Positions 25,829-40,450 are shown, counted from the stretch's first letter. The stretch is 64,000 nucleotides of DNA from Octopus sinensis (GCF_006345805.1 NC_042998.1:78430001-78494000); one strand, 5' to 3'. A program made the numbers and translations. Notes: generated by a model not told the origin, from the sequence alone.

Positions 25829-25873
<45 letters not shown>

Positions 25874-25909
25874 TATATGTATGTATATTATAATATTATA
25901 TATATTATA

Positions 25910-25955
<46 letters not shown>

Positions 25956-26039
25956 GGCGGTGCCCCAGCATGGCCACAGCTCCTGAGCTGAAACTAGATA
26001 AAATGAAAAAAAAATGAAAATATATACATACAAAAAAAA

Positions 26040-26408
26040 TATTCTTTATTCTTTTACTTGTTTCAGTTATTTGACTGCAGCCATGCTGGAGCACCGCCTT
26101 TGGTCGAACAAATTCTTTGTAAGCCTAGTATTTATTCTCTCGGTTCCTTTTGCAAACCGCTAAGTTACGGGGAACTAAACACACCAACGTCTGTTGTCAA
26201 GCGATGGTGGAGGAACAAACGCAGACACACAAATACATACACATATAGAGATATATGACAGGCTTCTTTCAATAACTGTTTACCAAATCCACTCACAAGG
26301 CTGTGGTTGACCCGAAGCTATAACAAAAGACACTTGCCCAAGGTGCAACGCAGTGGGATTGAACCCAGAACCATGTGGGTTGGATGCAAGCTTCTTACCA
26401 CACAGCCA
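26040..26408 (-). mobile_element. SINE family B
   Basis: Reverse-complement copy. Confidence 0.88.
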
Positions 26409-26411
26409 TTC

Positions 26412-26486
<75 letters not shown>

Positions 26487-26639
26487 TGTATACTAATGCG
26501 AACACGCTATCTTAAAGATAGCGTATTTTACATTTTATCATATATTTGGGTAATATATATAAAGAAATATACATACAGAATGAAGTAATTAAGAAAGGAG
26601 CAGAAAAGTCTTCGCGTCTGAGTAGCCGAAATATTTGCA

Positions 26640-27240
26640 AACTCCACAGTCAGACTGCAGGATATGAACCATGTAATTTGAACTCTAAAATCCTCCACAC
26701 TACCTCTGATGAGGATGCATAGCGGCCAGTGATAAAATATTCAATTTCATCTTTGTGTGTTTGTTGTGCATTGGTTTCTCCAAAAATATTGACTGCAATC
26801 CGATCATGGCTTTTATGATATTTGCTAATATATTTAACTGATTTTACAGATGCACATATCTCTACATTACAATGACCTCCATATTTGACTAAAAAGAAGA
26901 GGGAATATGGTGCTGCTGGACGATCATCTAATTCAACATTAGACTTTGTAAATGTAAAGCTATTATTTCGACGTTGGTAGAGTGGATAGCCATTATAATT
27001 GTGTAATATATTTTCCTGAAAGTTTTTAGGGAAGTGTTTTTTATATTTCCCATCAACTATACATGTTGCATTGGGTTTATCTCTTCCATATGGACCATGT
27101 AGCATGTTTTTGGTGACATGTTGAAACAGAATTGGTTGTGTTTGTGGATTAGGAAGTTCTGCATAAACAAGTTTTTTTAATATGAACAACATATGACAAT
27201 GGCGTAGTCCAGGCTTTGAAACTCTGTAGTTCACATATAC
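26640..27240 (-). mobile_element. Helitron Rep/helicase (RepHel) coding fragment
   Basis: 194-aa ORF with AELPNP...MLHGP...FPK.F...GYPLYQRR...HCNVEICASVKSVKYI...DEI...GRY.SSSE..WRI..F..H, characteristic of the RepHel region after the Rep motifs; catalytic cores are not in the fragment. Confidence 0.92.
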
Positions 27241-27409
27241 CCTGCAACCTCTCCCAAAACATTATTCTCCAATACATAATGCAAGAGATCCCTAAGTTTC
27301 ATATCAAATACTCTGTAAGTTAAATCTGGTCTGTCTTCTAGTGTCTGTCCTGGATAAAGTTCGTCTGTGATACCAGCCGAGCAATGAAAATTCTGACACA
27401 AATGAAAAT

Positions 27410-27650
27410 CTTATTACGGAAATGTACTCGCATAGCAAGTGACTTGATCTGAGATCATGTGCTGAAACAAAAACTATTGCAGCATGGAAGGTGATTGTAA
27501 GCCATTTAAGACCACACAAAAAAACCCGTTCGATTCCCTTCAACATGCAGCACGAAATTTAGTCAGTGAACAAACAGGTCGCGGTTTCAGAGCGACGAAA
27601 ATATTTTGACGCAAATTAAATTTAAATGTTGAAGTGAATCTAACGTTTTA
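27410..27650. mobile_element. Internally deleted copy of the foldback element at 40617-40946
   Basis: Shares GCATAGCAAGTGACTTGATCTGAGATC, GGAAGGTG..TGTAAGCCATTTAAG and CAGGTCGCGG...GCGACGAAAATATTTTGAC. Confidence 0.85.
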
Positions 27651-27729
27651 TTATTTTTTATTTTCCCTGAATGACTAACAAATATCTTCGAAGCCGCAAT
27701 TGCTATATATATATATATATATATATATA

Positions 27730-27960
27730 CGTCTCGCCTTCACCTTCGAAACGTAGAGTAGATGAAACCATGGCGATTGAAGAAGGGTTTTTTTCCTTGT
27801 GTTATTTGTCCTGTACTCTATTTGTTTGTTGTTTAAGAAAAATGTTCAGTTCCTTGGGTTTGTGTCTATGTTTTCGTTTCTCATTGTGTTCGACGTTTTT
27901 TTTTGTGTCCTGTACTCATATATGCGTGTATATATACATGTAGAGGTAAGTACGTACATA
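27730..27960 (+). mobile_element. Interspersed repeat related to 33740-33960 (minus) and the 25464 arms; possibly Penelope-like derived
   Basis: Shared GAAGAAGGG...TTCCTTGTGTT start and GTCCTGTAC(T/C)CATATA end. Confidence 0.65.
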
Positions 27961-28000
27961 TATGTATATACATATGCATATGTTTTATTTATTAATATAT

Positions 28001-28057
<57 letters not shown>

Positions 28058-28601
28058 TATACATATAATGTAAAGAAACCACAAAAAACCCTTGTGAAAA
28101 GTAGCAACTCAGGGGTTCAGATCAACGTCATCATAAAAAAAACTCGTTGTCTTATGTATAAAAATTTAAAGCAGAGACCTAGAAGATGAAAACAGTTATT
28201 AACAGAACCTGCATTTAATATCCAAAAAACAATGATGAATTAATAAGATATATTAAGTGAAAAAATAACACATAACTAAACATAAGCTTTAATAAAAACA
28301 GTTCTTTCTACGGAGGAAGGATAAAAAAAAATATTAGTAGTGTTAAAGAAACGGTGAGTAAAACTTATGTAATAAGTATTTTTAGGTGTCAAATTGTTTG
28401 AATAGATCGTAAGATTGATCGGCGAAGTAAAAATTTCAAATAGCGTTGACGGTAATTTTTATCTTCGGGCATGCGCATAAACATGTACTCCGATCTGGAA
28501 AACGCTATGAGCGGTTATTGTGTATCACTAGGCATGCGTAACAGGACATACAGAGAAACACCTTTTCTGTTAGATATATTACTAATGATCTGATATATAT
28601 A

Positions 28602-28689
<88 letters not shown>

Positions 28690-29309
28690 GTACATATACA
28701 TGTATATATTTATAAACATATATACAAATACACACACACACACACACACCACACATGCACGCGCACATATTGGCAATTTCCAAATGCGTCTTACAGCTTA
28801 ATGGATTTTTCTGACGTTTGCTTTTCGAAGCTCATTAGGATCGAGAAATAAGTTCCTTCGCTTTTATTCTTTCACTATACAGATCTCATCATTTCGATTT
28901 TCTTTCTGTCACTATGTCTTACCTCTTTTTTTTTATATTTTGCTCTGTTTTGCCACTGTTCCACTTCTTCCATTCCTTTCTTAGATTAGGTGTGCCCTTT
29001 CTCTAATATATACACTTGCGCTGATGGTTCGTTTTACCTCTTCTCTCCAGCTCACCATCTCCCTATTATTTTCTCCTTTCTTCTCTGTCAACCCGTCTTT
29101 CTCTCTCTCTCTCCTGTCAAAAGAAGACAAAATTTTCTTGTTGGACGAATTCATTGCCAAAGTCAGTAAACGATTTCAATCTACGAAATACTACAGTTAG
29201 AAGGAGGACGGAAAGGTTAACTCAAATGATGTTCCGTCCCTAATTTTGAGGAGTATAGTCTAATAATCACGATACAACGTTGCGATAAGCAAACAAGTAT
29301 GAGGGTTCG

Positions 29310-30295
29310 GGGTATCATCTGTGCTCCAAGCATTTCTATGTGAAACTATATCATCGTCCGTACTCCCATCACAAAGATGTGCACATAACACTCGCTAGGA
29401 TAGGACCTGGCAGGTGCTGAACCGATCGCCGCCTATTACAGCAATTCAATTCGCTCTAAAGTCGATCGACTACAGAATCAATGCCTTCTGAATCCAAAAA
29501 TTGGAAGAGAAACTTCATTGGAAGCTAAATGATAAAGTTTTATCAATCAATATAGAATATTGTGAATTGTTGAAAACATATGACGTTCTCTAAAAGCAGA
29601 CATCTCTGCAGCTTGTCAGTTCTTGGGCCTCATAGTAAAAACATCAAGTCTTGTTTGTCGAGAACCACAATTTAATCAAGTACCTGTCGACAAAAATAGA
29701 GCTTTTCATGCCCACCAGAGTAAGAAAAATAATTGGCACAAAAGGATAGTATACCGTCAAGCTAAGGCTGTAACTCAAATACGAAAACGTGCAAGGAGGA
29801 ACAATTGTTAGGAAACGAAAATACTTGAAATTCAGTAACTGTCTGGTATACGCGATACAAAAGTTTTTTTTTTTTTTTGAATGACTAAAGCAGACTATGT
29901 TCCAATTACAACAGATCTAGCATCCATACAGATCTAAAGATGGTTGAAAGTGAACAAAAAGAACAAGAATCTGACGACAGCCAACTAAATTGGCTTCATT
30001 ATGGTTGTGCGGTCAAAGAAAGACCTCTGGCCACCATGCAGAAAGCCCAATAATGAACAATTCCGTTACATTGCCTAATGTTGCACCAATCAAAAAAAAT
30101 AATTCGTTCTCTTAATGTCAATACGGCACCTGAGTCCAGTTGATTTTATATGAGATATATAACATTGTGTATGAAGAACTGGCATCACAACTGAATGCAC
30201 TGGTTTTGCTGATGTAAGCGCATGAAGAGCTGACAGCTGATAGCAGAGATGCAAGTATCATTACCATTTTCAAGAACGGAGACAGGTAATGGTCA
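29310..30295 (+). pseudogene. Degenerate RTE-clade LINE (end of AP endonuclease to start of RT)
   Basis: H.CSKH / NYIIVR..KDVHIT / GRC*TDRRL (compare HPRSKHW..DYIIVR..DV.IT..GADCWTDHRL) and RDASIITIFKNGDR. Confidence 0.8.
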
Positions 30296-30387
30296 CTCGA
30301 AAGTAATGTTTGTATCGATTGTTAAGTTACAGGCAGTCGTCCATTAGAATATTTTTCTGTCGATAAACCGATTTTTATAAATTATAT

Positions 30388-30611
30388 ACGGCGTGGCTGT
30401 GTAGTAAAAAGATTGCTTCCCAGTCACATGGTTTTGGGTTCAGTCTTACTGCGTGACACCTTGGGCAAGTCTCTTCTACATAGCCTCGGGCCGACTAAAG
30501 CCTTGTGAGTGGATTTGGTAAACGGAAACTGAAAGAAACATGTCGTATATGTGTGTTTGTGTGTGCTTATGTGTGTGTGCTTATGTGTGTGTGTGTGTGT
30601 TTGTGTGTGTG

Positions 30612-30645
<34 letters not shown>

Positions 30646-30900
30646 GTGTGTGTGTGTGTCTTGTGCCTGTGTTTGTCCCACCACTACCGCCACCGTTTGA
30701 CAACCGGTCCTGGCTTGTTTACGGTAAACCTGGTACTTATTCTATCGATCTTTTTGCAGTTCAGCAAAAAAGATCGATAGAATAAGTACCAGGCGTAAAA
30801 GCAAAGTACTGGGGTCAATTGTTTCGACTAAAATTCTTCAAGGCGGTTCCCCAATATGGCCGTAGTCTAATACCTGAAACAATAGATAAAAGATACATAT
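30388..30900 (+). mobile_element. SINE family B with expanded (TG)n
   Basis: Both halves present. Confidence 0.9.
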
Positions 30901-31327
30901 ATGAAAATGTGTATACTTGTGCAACTAAATACGGATGAGTTGTAAAGAAGTTCTCTATACAATACTGAGATCACTATTCTTTCAAACAGCATGGTTTCTT
31001 GTACAAATGTGCTCTACAGTAGCTGTGGCTCGACTGGATTCATGTCATTGAAATTGGTTAGACAGAAGTTGTGCGAAAGCCCGTCAAATGGATTGTGCTT
31101 CTTAAAGTTACACATCTTCTGAACAGATGCTAAATACAATATGCAGGTGGTCAGTGGACCGAAAATCTGAAAAACTAACAACCGAAACCAAGCGATGTAG
31201 GATCAGTGTATAAGTTCGCGTGTATATATTCGTGGGTACGCCTATGTGTGTCTGTGCAATGATATTGTCAGTTGCGTGAGTGTTTGTGGGTGTTTATATA
31301 AATATATACCTACACACATATTCATGC

Positions 31328-31399
<72 letters not shown>

Positions 31400-32100
31400 T
31401 GCGAACATATGCACGCGCGAACACATACACACACCGGACTCATAAGCAACATATCGATCTTTCTTAATGAATTTGTATTTCATTTTCTGTTTTTGCTTTT
31501 TCTTTATTTCTGTCAAATAGACACGCAAACGTACAAATTGTTATATTCAGACACACATTTATGTCTCTGTTTATATGTGTGTATGTATGTTCTCACACGC
31601 GCAAACGCGTACATGTTTTGTACGTTAATCGATTATCTTTTGCATATCACACAAATATAGAATTGTGAAAGTACAAAACTAATATTTCAACTTTACGGCA
31701 ATCACTTACACTTTGCTTTGATTTCAATAGTGTAGATCATGTTATTGCTTTTGTTGTTGTTTTGTTTTTGTTTTTGTTGGGATTTTTTTTACCTTTAAGT
31801 AAATCTTCATTTGTAGCTCTACCATCAAAGCAACTGTAGCTATGACCATCCTTGTCCTTCTTGAGGTATATTGAACTACATTTTACAATATCATATCTCT
31901 TTTCCCAAGCCAGCAGCGTGCAATTTGAGAGGAATTTCCTTTCTAGTTCTTGCAGCTCAAGCGACTATGTAGACACTTCCTCGTTGAGTCGTTGCTACCA
32001 CTGCTACACAAAATGAACCACTGTACTGGAAGATTATTGCCAAGTTGTAACCATTTTCTTCTGATACCCTTGTGTTTAATGAACAAATGAGTGTCTAGAC

Positions 32101-32297
32101 TAGTGGTTCTCAACCGGGGTTGATAAGGCCCTTAGGGATCTATATAAGTTTTTGTCATTTGTTATTTGCCATAAAACTGGTTATAATTCTACAATATATA
32201 CACAAAATATTTTAACAATTTTTACACAATTCTTAATAACACTAAAGGCACTCGATAATATTATGGTCAAAGGCGTTCAAACCATGATCAACCACTC
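32101..32297. mobile_element. Possible hAT/Charlie-type MITE
   Basis: TCTAGAC followed by TAGTGGTTCTCAACC left end; right end decayed (TCAACCACTC). Confidence 0.45.
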
Positions 32298-32854
32298 GTT
32301 TAGCTTTCAAACGTAGTGTTCTTGGATTACATTATAAATGTATCCTTCCCATCTCTTTCACTCTTTTCTTTTCAAACTGACGGGTGTTGTCTCAGAGCGA
32401 TTTAGCCGCAGTTTGCTGCTATTTCTAGCAAGTCAATACAGTAATCACGCAATGGGTATAGTCTTCCTTCATGCTGGTTGAGATTAATCTGCAAATGAAC
32501 AAATGCCGGAGCGAGCTATTCTTGTCTGCTTGTTCCATTGGCTAATGTCTGCTACTCTGTTTTTGACAATTCCCATATGAGTGAAGAGCCATATTTCAAC
32601 TATTTAGTATTTTTTTTTCTTTCTTTCTTTACTTCGGCCTATATTGATTTCTTTCTTTAAATTCTTATAACAGTTAGTATTTAACTCTTTTTTCTGACTG
32701 CTCGCATTTTCCAAGGTGGTTTTGATTGATGTGTAGAGTCGTTCGGGTTTTAGCCATGATTACTTCTAGCATTATTGCATTTATTATTATTGGTGATGAT
32801 GGACTAGCAGAATCACTAAAACATCGGACGATACCTTACGGTAGTTACTTATAG

Positions 32855-33070
32855 AAGCGTTAGCACGCCGGGCGAAATGCGTAGCCGTATTTCGTCTGTC
32901 GCTACGTTCTGAGTTCAAATTCCGCCGAGGTCGACTTTGCCTTTCATCCTTTCGGGGTCGATAAATTAAGTACCAGTTACGCACTGGGGTCGATGTAATC
33001 AATTTAATACCTATGTCTGTCCTTGTTTGTCCCCTCTGTCTTTAGCCCCTTGTGGGTAATAAAGAAATAG
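32855..33070 (+). mobile_element. SINE family A, long tail
   Basis: Well-conserved copy. Confidence 0.92.
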
Positions 33071-33429
33071 GTAGTTACTTATAGGTATTTACGTTGTAAG
33101 TTCAATTCATGCTCACATAACTCTGCTTTTCAATCTCCTGGGTCGAAAAATAGAGTACTATTGAAGTACTGGACTCAAACGGTTAGCACCCCAAATTGCC
33201 GGAACTTGTACCTAAAATAGAATTAAAGAATGATGGATCAGTAGAGTCGATTGTATCGAACAAAATGCCTTGCAGTATTTTTGCTGACTATCCTACCGAA
33301 GCCAACTTCACCTTACATCTCTCTAGGGTCGATAAAATAAAGGACCAGCGAAGTATTGGGATCGATTTAAGGAGCTAGCCCTCTCCCCTTGAAATTGCCG
33401 GATGTATGCTTAATTCATTAACAACTCCA

Positions 33430-34412
33430 AGGTGCAGGAGTGGTTCTGTGGTAAGTAGCTTGCTTACCAACCACATGGTTCCAGGTTCAGTCCCACTGCG
33501 TGGTACCTTGGGCAAGTGTCTCTTACTATAGCCTCGGGCCGACCAAAACCTTTGTGAGTGGATTTGGTAGACGGAAACTGAAAGAAGCCTGTCGTATATA
33601 TGTGTATATATATATATATAACTTACTTGGAAAAGGATGCGTGGCGTTCGATCATATAATAATATAAATAATATATAAATATATACATATATACATACAT
33701 ATATGTACATACCTATATTTATATGTATATATACATGCATATATGGGTACAGGACATCAAAAAAACGTTGAACACAATCAGAAACGAAAACACAAAAACA
33801 AAAACATGGAAACGAACTTTTTTTCAAACAGCGAAAAAACAGATTACAAGACATACAACACAAGGAATGTTCCCCTTCTTCAGATGTGCCTTTTTTCATC
33901 TACTCCGCGTTCGAAGGTAAGGATAAGACGCGACGTCATTGAAACAGTCCTTCCCGCAAAGCAAATTAAATAAAATTTGCGATTTTTTGCGGAGGGGTAA
34001 AAGTGGTAACAAGAACAGGACAGTAAGAACAAAACAGTAAAAACAATAAAAAAGTAAAAACAGTAAAAGACAGAACAAAGAGAATAATACAGTAAAAGCA
34101 AACGATGAGGGTTGTTAAGTCAAGACGATGGAAAAATTATTCTGAACGCTTAAGGAGACAGCTTATGAGAGAGACAGGATAAGCGGTCTGATATATGTAT
34201 GCATGTGTGTGTGTCTGTGTTTGTCCCCCCAACATCGCCTGACAACCGATGTTGGTGTGTTTACGTCCCCGTATCTTAGCGGTTCTGTAAAAAGGCCGAT
34301 AGAATAAGTACTAGGCTTACAAAGAATAAGTCCTGGGGTCGATTAGCTCGACTAAAGGCGTTGCTCCAGCATGGCCACAGTCAAATGACTGAAACAAGTA
34401 AAAGAGTATAAG
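33430..34412 (+). mobile_element. SINE family B split by a nested insertion (halves 33430-33605 and 34195-34412)
   Basis: The 5' half ends in (TA)n and the 3' half resumes at TGTGTCTGTGTTTGTCCCCCC; the insert includes the 33740-33960 repeat. Confidence 0.88.
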
Positions 34413-34439
34413 AGAACTATTAGGATCGCCCCACCACCC

Positions 34440-34805
34440 ACCATTAACAGGCAGGGCACGCGGTGTTCCTCTGTCTATGACGAATAAGGTTGTGTGATGG
34501 ACGAGGCTGAAAGGATTAAGGAAGGACACCTTCCTCTTCGGTCAAGCTCGCATCGACATTTTTAAGTCCCACTTGGAAAAGAGAGTGTGGATGAAGGGTA
34601 AGATGCGGTCTCGCAGTGAATTATGAAAAGATGGATGACTTTGGAAAAAATTATTGGAGACAACGGATCTGCTCTGAGTATGTACCTGTAGATTGGAAAG
34701 CAGGAGAAAGAGCTCGTACCTTTGCTGATTAAGGTAACCTTGGCTTTGTAGAGTTTCTTGATTAGCTCTAGTTGGAGCTTCTCCTGTATCGGGAGAACTG
34801 CAATA
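34440..34805 (-). pseudogene. Possible CR1/L2-like LINE 3' coding remnant
   Basis: LIKKLYKAKV...FPIYRY... resembles the LINE post-RT segment; weak. Confidence 0.35.
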
Positions 34806-34904
34806 TTCATATTTTATCGCATTTCACCGTCTTTTCCTTTTCTTTCTCTCCATTCTTTATATAAATCCCGACACAAATTGTTGTCTGTTCTTGTGTTGTG
34901 CCCC

Positions 34905-35115
34905 TCGGTGAGCTGACAGAATCGTTAGCACGCCGGACAAAATACTTAGCCGTATCTCGCCCGTCGATACGTTCTGAGTTCAAATTCCGCCGAGGTTGAC
35001 TTTGCCTTTCATCTTTTCGAGATCGATAAAATACGTACCAGTTGAACACTGGAGTCAATGTAATCGACTTACCCCTTCTCCTGAAATTGCTACCCTTGTG
35101 CCAAAATTTGAAACC
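34905..35115 (+). mobile_element. SINE family A, short tail
   Basis: Head and core conserved. Confidence 0.88.
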
Positions 35116-36884
35116 ATTTATTACTTGTCGGCAGAAAGCTGACTGTCGTATTCTACAAATCGTTAGTGGAGTACGCGAAAGACGATGATTGCGGAGTAAT
35201 TCTGGCCATTTGCGAAGATAATCTGAGTAACTGTTTTGGTGGATCGATAAAGTAAATCTTACCTGTCAATAGAGGCACATTCAAATATAACCACACCTTA
35301 AAAAAGAGAGGGAGCCTCTGCAATGATACCTGACAGACTATGAGAATGGCTCATTATTTATCTGCAATAAATACTGTCACCAGACTGCTACTCACTGTTG
35401 AAATCTTCCAGAAAATTAAATTTAAAGTATTGAAGCGCCTTTCATATAATCCTGGCTTTACTTCTTGGTAATACCACCTGCTAATTCTAGTCAAAAATGC
35501 CTTAAGAGGCCATCTATTTGTCACGGTTCATACTGTGATCGTCTCTCAGTGGAAAGCACATAAAGAAGTTTCTACAATGACGGGTTAAGTGAGTTGAATA
35601 GCAAGGGGACTTTATTGAAAAGCGATATTTTCGGACTTTAAGATAGCTATTGTTGGTATATTTTTTTTAAATAATAATGGCTTCTAATATAGGTACAAGG
35701 CCAGCAGTTTTTAGGTGAAGTATTAGTCGATTACATCGAACACAGAACTAGGCTAGGGCTTTATTTTATAGATCCCGGTGAGATAAAAAGCAATGCTGAC
35801 TGCGGCAGGATTTAAACACAGAAAATAGAAAACCGGAAGAAATAGAACAAAGCATTTTTTCCGACGTTCTAATGATTCTGCCAATCCATTGCAAATATTA
35901 TTGATGGAAGAATAAAATAATATACAAATGTATGCTCTTCTTTTGAGCAAACAGAGAGCAGAACAGTTCTGGACAATGTATTAACGACTACGTAATCGCG
36001 ACAATTTTATCGATGTTTCAAGTACAAACCTACTCTGTAGTGACTAGAAGTAGAACGCATCTATTGATGCACTAATTTCCCCCATTAATAGACGGAAACA
36101 TTGATTCATATTCATAGTAGCCAACTCTCTCACAAATCGCACTCTACCATCCTGAAAAAGAAAAGATATTTTGTACAGTAATATTCCTAGACATACAAAC
36201 AAAGAAGAGACGTGACTGGGTCACCTTTGATCGTAGTTCTACTTGGTCAGGATTGACATAGGTTTAAACAACAGTGAAAAACTACTTCTACCATCAGTCA
36301 CCAACAGCAACAACATCAAGCCCACTTTACCACCATCATCTTCATCACCAACACCACCATCACCACTCCCATCTCACCACCATCATCATCATCGTCGTCA
36401 ACAACGCGAATATCACTACCACCACCATCACCATCGTAACTACTATCATCAAACCCACCACTTCTCCGTCGGCTTCTTCCTTATCATCACCACTATCACC
36501 TATCACCCCTATTACCGTAATTTCCACACTGCTGCTATACTAGAACTGCCGCCAATACTATCTATTTTCTCATTCTGCTGAAGAGAGCACCATGTTCCGT
36601 TTTATCAAACAACTTCCACTCTGTCCATGACCACCTCTCATTAGTATCCACCAGCCAGTCAATCACCCACTACCCATAACTACTACTTCCATTTCCCCTA
36701 TCTATCTTCATTCGAGTCCCAGCATTACTCCACAACATCACACCATAAAAATAACATATACATGTCGACCCGTTTTAACTCCTTTTCTGGCCTTTCATGC
36801 TTGCTGTTAAATATTTGATGACGATTTATTGCCTTAAAAGGCACCCGCCGCGCTTGCTTCCATAATGCCACAATATGCATCATC

Positions 36885-37038
<154 letters not shown>

Positions 37039-37766
37039 ACCACCGTTTTCTGTGTTACTTCCCGTCTATCTCTTTTTCCCTTCTCTCTCCCTCTCTTTTC
37101 TCTCCATCTCTCTCTCTCTATCTCTCCCTCTATCTCCTTCGCACTCTTTCCTTCCACCTTTCTTGGACCTTTTCCATTATTTTTCTGAAGACAACACATT
37201 TCTCTTCCGTTACAGACATGCATTAGGTGCGTGCGCAAGCAATAAAACGCATCGGGTTTTATAGCTTGTCGCTAGCAGCTTGTTAGCACGTCATTCGAAT
37301 TGAATTTTAAAATAGGCATATTGCAGGGATATATTTCATTTGAAAGGGATTTAATGCGTGTTATAGAAGGTAGGGGAGGTATTTTTATGTGCAAGACTGA
37401 AGTTAAGGTAGGGTAATATCATCATAAAGAAACCATAAAACTGAAACACCAGTAACAACAACAATGATGATTGTTGAAGTATGAACAATGCCAATCATTT
37501 AAAGATTGCATAGATTCTAGAATTTGGCTGGTTTCAGTACCTGTTTTATCGATCCACAGAAGAATGTAAGGCAAAGTCGTTTGCGGAAAGATTCGAAATC
37601 AGATCAGTTATTTACCGACCCTGTCAATTGTTTTTAGCACTGGAAAAAGACCAGAAATCAAGGTGGGAGCTAGATGATATCATCGAAGTCAGTATTTCAT
37701 TGGTGTTTTATTTTATCGACCTCGGAGGGATATAAGCCAAAATTTATCTAGCGCGGAATTTGAACT

Positions 37767-37824
<58 letters not shown>

Positions 37825-37864
37825 TATGATGATGATGATGACGACGACGATGATTGTTTTTAAT

Positions 37865-38260
37865 TTAAGTACAAGCAACAAGAAGTGCTGCAGAAGTATG
37901 AGGAGATGAAGATAGAAATGAGAGAGAAAGTCTAAAAATAAATACAAGAGCAAGGAAGACGCCTTGTAACGAAACTAACTGGGAGTAATGTCATCGAAGC
38001 AATTTATATCAGTATAGAGGTATTCTGCTCCTTTTCTAAAGTGGACAATCGCAGGGCTACAGAAATTGAAGTGCTTGCAGCAGGGTGGACTCCGCTAGAG
38101 GTATTCGAGGTACCAGATAAGCGTGCCGAACAGAGCGACGAAATAAGTAAACACCATTCAAGTAAGCTACTGTGGGATTTCAGCACAAAACGCAAGGAAC
38201 CGAAGCAATTACCGCAAGGTATCCAGTCCAACTTTCTTATAATCTACCGAACTGTTATTA
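37865..38260 (+). pseudogene. R4/Dong-like LINE remnant, internally deleted
   Basis: EMREKV...KLTGSNVIEAI (compare EMKEKI...KLNG.N.IKAIN), FEVPDK and KLLWDF. Confidence 0.65.
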
Positions 38261-38365
38261 GTACTTATTATCAGCCCCAAGAAGATGAAAGGTTTGTGTT
38301 GACATCAGCAACATTTGGCTTCAGAGCCATAGAAAGTGGAAGAAAAAATTCCGAGAGGCTTCCTA

Positions 38366-38598
38366 TTTCTTTACTACCCACGGGGGGGCTAAACACAGAG
38401 AGGACAAACAAGGACAGACAAAGGGATTAAGTCGATTATATCGACCCCAGTGCGTAACTGGTACTTAATTTATCGACCCCGAAAGGATGAAAGGCAAAAG
38501 TCGACCTCGGCGGTATTTGAACCCAGAACGTAACGGCAGACGAAATACGGCTACGCATTTCGCCCGACGTGCTAACGATTCTGCCAGCTCACCGCCTT
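38366..38598 (-). mobile_element. SINE family A, long tail
   Basis: Well-conserved reverse-complement copy. Confidence 0.92.
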
Positions 38599-38748
38599 CC
38601 GTGAGGCTTTCCTATCCAACGCTCTAATGATTTCGGCTATTCGCCTCTATTTTACTATTTGATGACGAAGTCTATAAATGGGTGCTACATGAGCCAAGAG
38701 ATTTAACTAAAGCACAACAAATAAAAAAGACAGACAGATTGATAGATA

Positions 38749-38825
<77 letters not shown>

Positions 38826-39824
38826 GTGTGCGTGTGTGCGTGCGTATGTTACCCAAGAACAAAACGACTTGATGACTCTATTGACCGAGACAGGACCCTA
38901 TCAAATACTCTTACATATTGTCATTCCCCTTAATATTCTACTCAATCTTACAATAGCAACGTGAATCCCGAATCTCATAACCTTTTTTGCAATTAGATAA
39001 CTGGATTGCCCCATACTACAAAGTATAGAATGAAAATCAGATTAAAGCACGTCTTTAAAACTTTTTCGAAGCTAAACTCGCTAGGTGGAGACCTCGTCCG
39101 CCTCGCCATACACACACACACATACGCGAGCGCGCCTTTCCTAACTGTGGACGCTGTCTCCGTTTTATACACCATGCGTTACGCGCAACATATTCAGCCT
39201 CAGCACGAAAATCAAAAGCAATGCAAGCCGAGACATTTGAATTCTTTTATCTCGAACCTAGAAGGAAGTCTCCTCTACGTGATCCCTCGACATCCTATAA
39301 GGAGTAGCCCCTTACATTCTACCACCTTAAGTATGTAGGGCGCAATACTATTTGTCGTTCTCGTTATCCAACACCCGAAAAAAGTTGGAATGTTCGTAGC
39401 TGGAATGCCTTTGATCATAGGACTACTAAGCGCGTGCTGACCGACCCAGGGCTAAAAAAAGAAACTTTAATTCTTCTTGATTCGGTGTTTAGAAGTGTCT
39501 GAAGCGATCTATCGTAAAACGAGAGCTTTACTTTTCCTTTTCTTTTTTTCTTTTTCTTTTCTTTCTTAAGAACAACTTCGTATCGTTATTTTGTCGTCCC
39601 AAACAAGTAATACATTTAAAGACACTTCATCTGTTCAGGTAAGAAACCGAAATTCAGGTTTCTTTAAAACGTTTGTTTCAACAAAGAAATACTACTCACC
39701 TAAGATGAACGTAGATTTTTCTGTTTCATCTCAGAAAACATAACTAATACCTTGCCAGAGTTTTGAATTATGATAGACCGAATCAGATCCACTTGACCAT
39801 ACACATGCCACAAAACATCTATGC

Positions 39825-40450
39825 GATGGCGGCGGTGATGAGGGCGGCGGTGAAGGCAGCAGTAAAGACCGCAGTAGCGGCAGCAGCGTTAGTAGCGGCG
39901 CTAGCGGTGGCAGCGGCGGCAGCGGTGGCAGCGGAGGCGGTGGTAGCGGAGGCAGCGGCGGCAGCGGCGGCAGCGGCGGCAGCGGCGGCAGCGGCGGCAG
40001 CGGCGCAGCGGCGGCAGCGGCAGCGGTAGCGGCGGTAGCGGCGGCGGTAGCGGCGGCGGCAGCGGCGGCAACGACGGCAGCGGCGGCAGCGGCGGCAGCG
40101 GCGGCAGCGGCGGCAGCGGCGGCAGCGGCGGCAGCGGCGGCAGCGGCGGCAGCGGCGGCAGCGGCGACAGCGGAGGCAGCATCGCATCGACGGCAGAATC
40201 GCAGCGGCGGCGGCGGTAGCGGCGGCGGCGGTAGCGGCGGCGGCAGCGGCGGCGGCAGCGGCGGCGGGGGAAGCGGCGGCGGGAGCGGCAGCAGCGGCGA
40301 CAGTAGCGGCGATGTTCGCGGTGGCGGTGCCGACGTCGATTGCGGCAAAGCCGACGTCGATTGCGGCAAAGCCGACGTCGGTTGCCAGTGCAGCTGAGAT
40401 GGTTGCGGTGTGGATTTAGGGACGCTGATGAATGCTGGCGGTGGTGGTGG
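39825..40450. repeat. GC-rich (GGCGGCAGC)n low-complexity tract with a 21-bp repeat in about three copies (40329-40385)
   Basis: Directly visible; explains the poly-A/P/R ORFs; frames shift near 40005 and 40200. Confidence 0.9.

Noticed and set aside
33880-33930. Permuted (type II) hammerhead from CGAA(A)CGCGGAGTA...CTGAAGAAGGGG
   Set aside because: Stems I and II cannot be formed without consuming core bases, here or in the 27750 copy.
38042-38161. 120-nt in-frame exon candidate with good splice sites within the 129-aa ORF
   Set aside because: FEVPDK and KLLWDF, plus upstream KLTGSNVIEAI, identify it as an R4/Dong-like LINE remnant.
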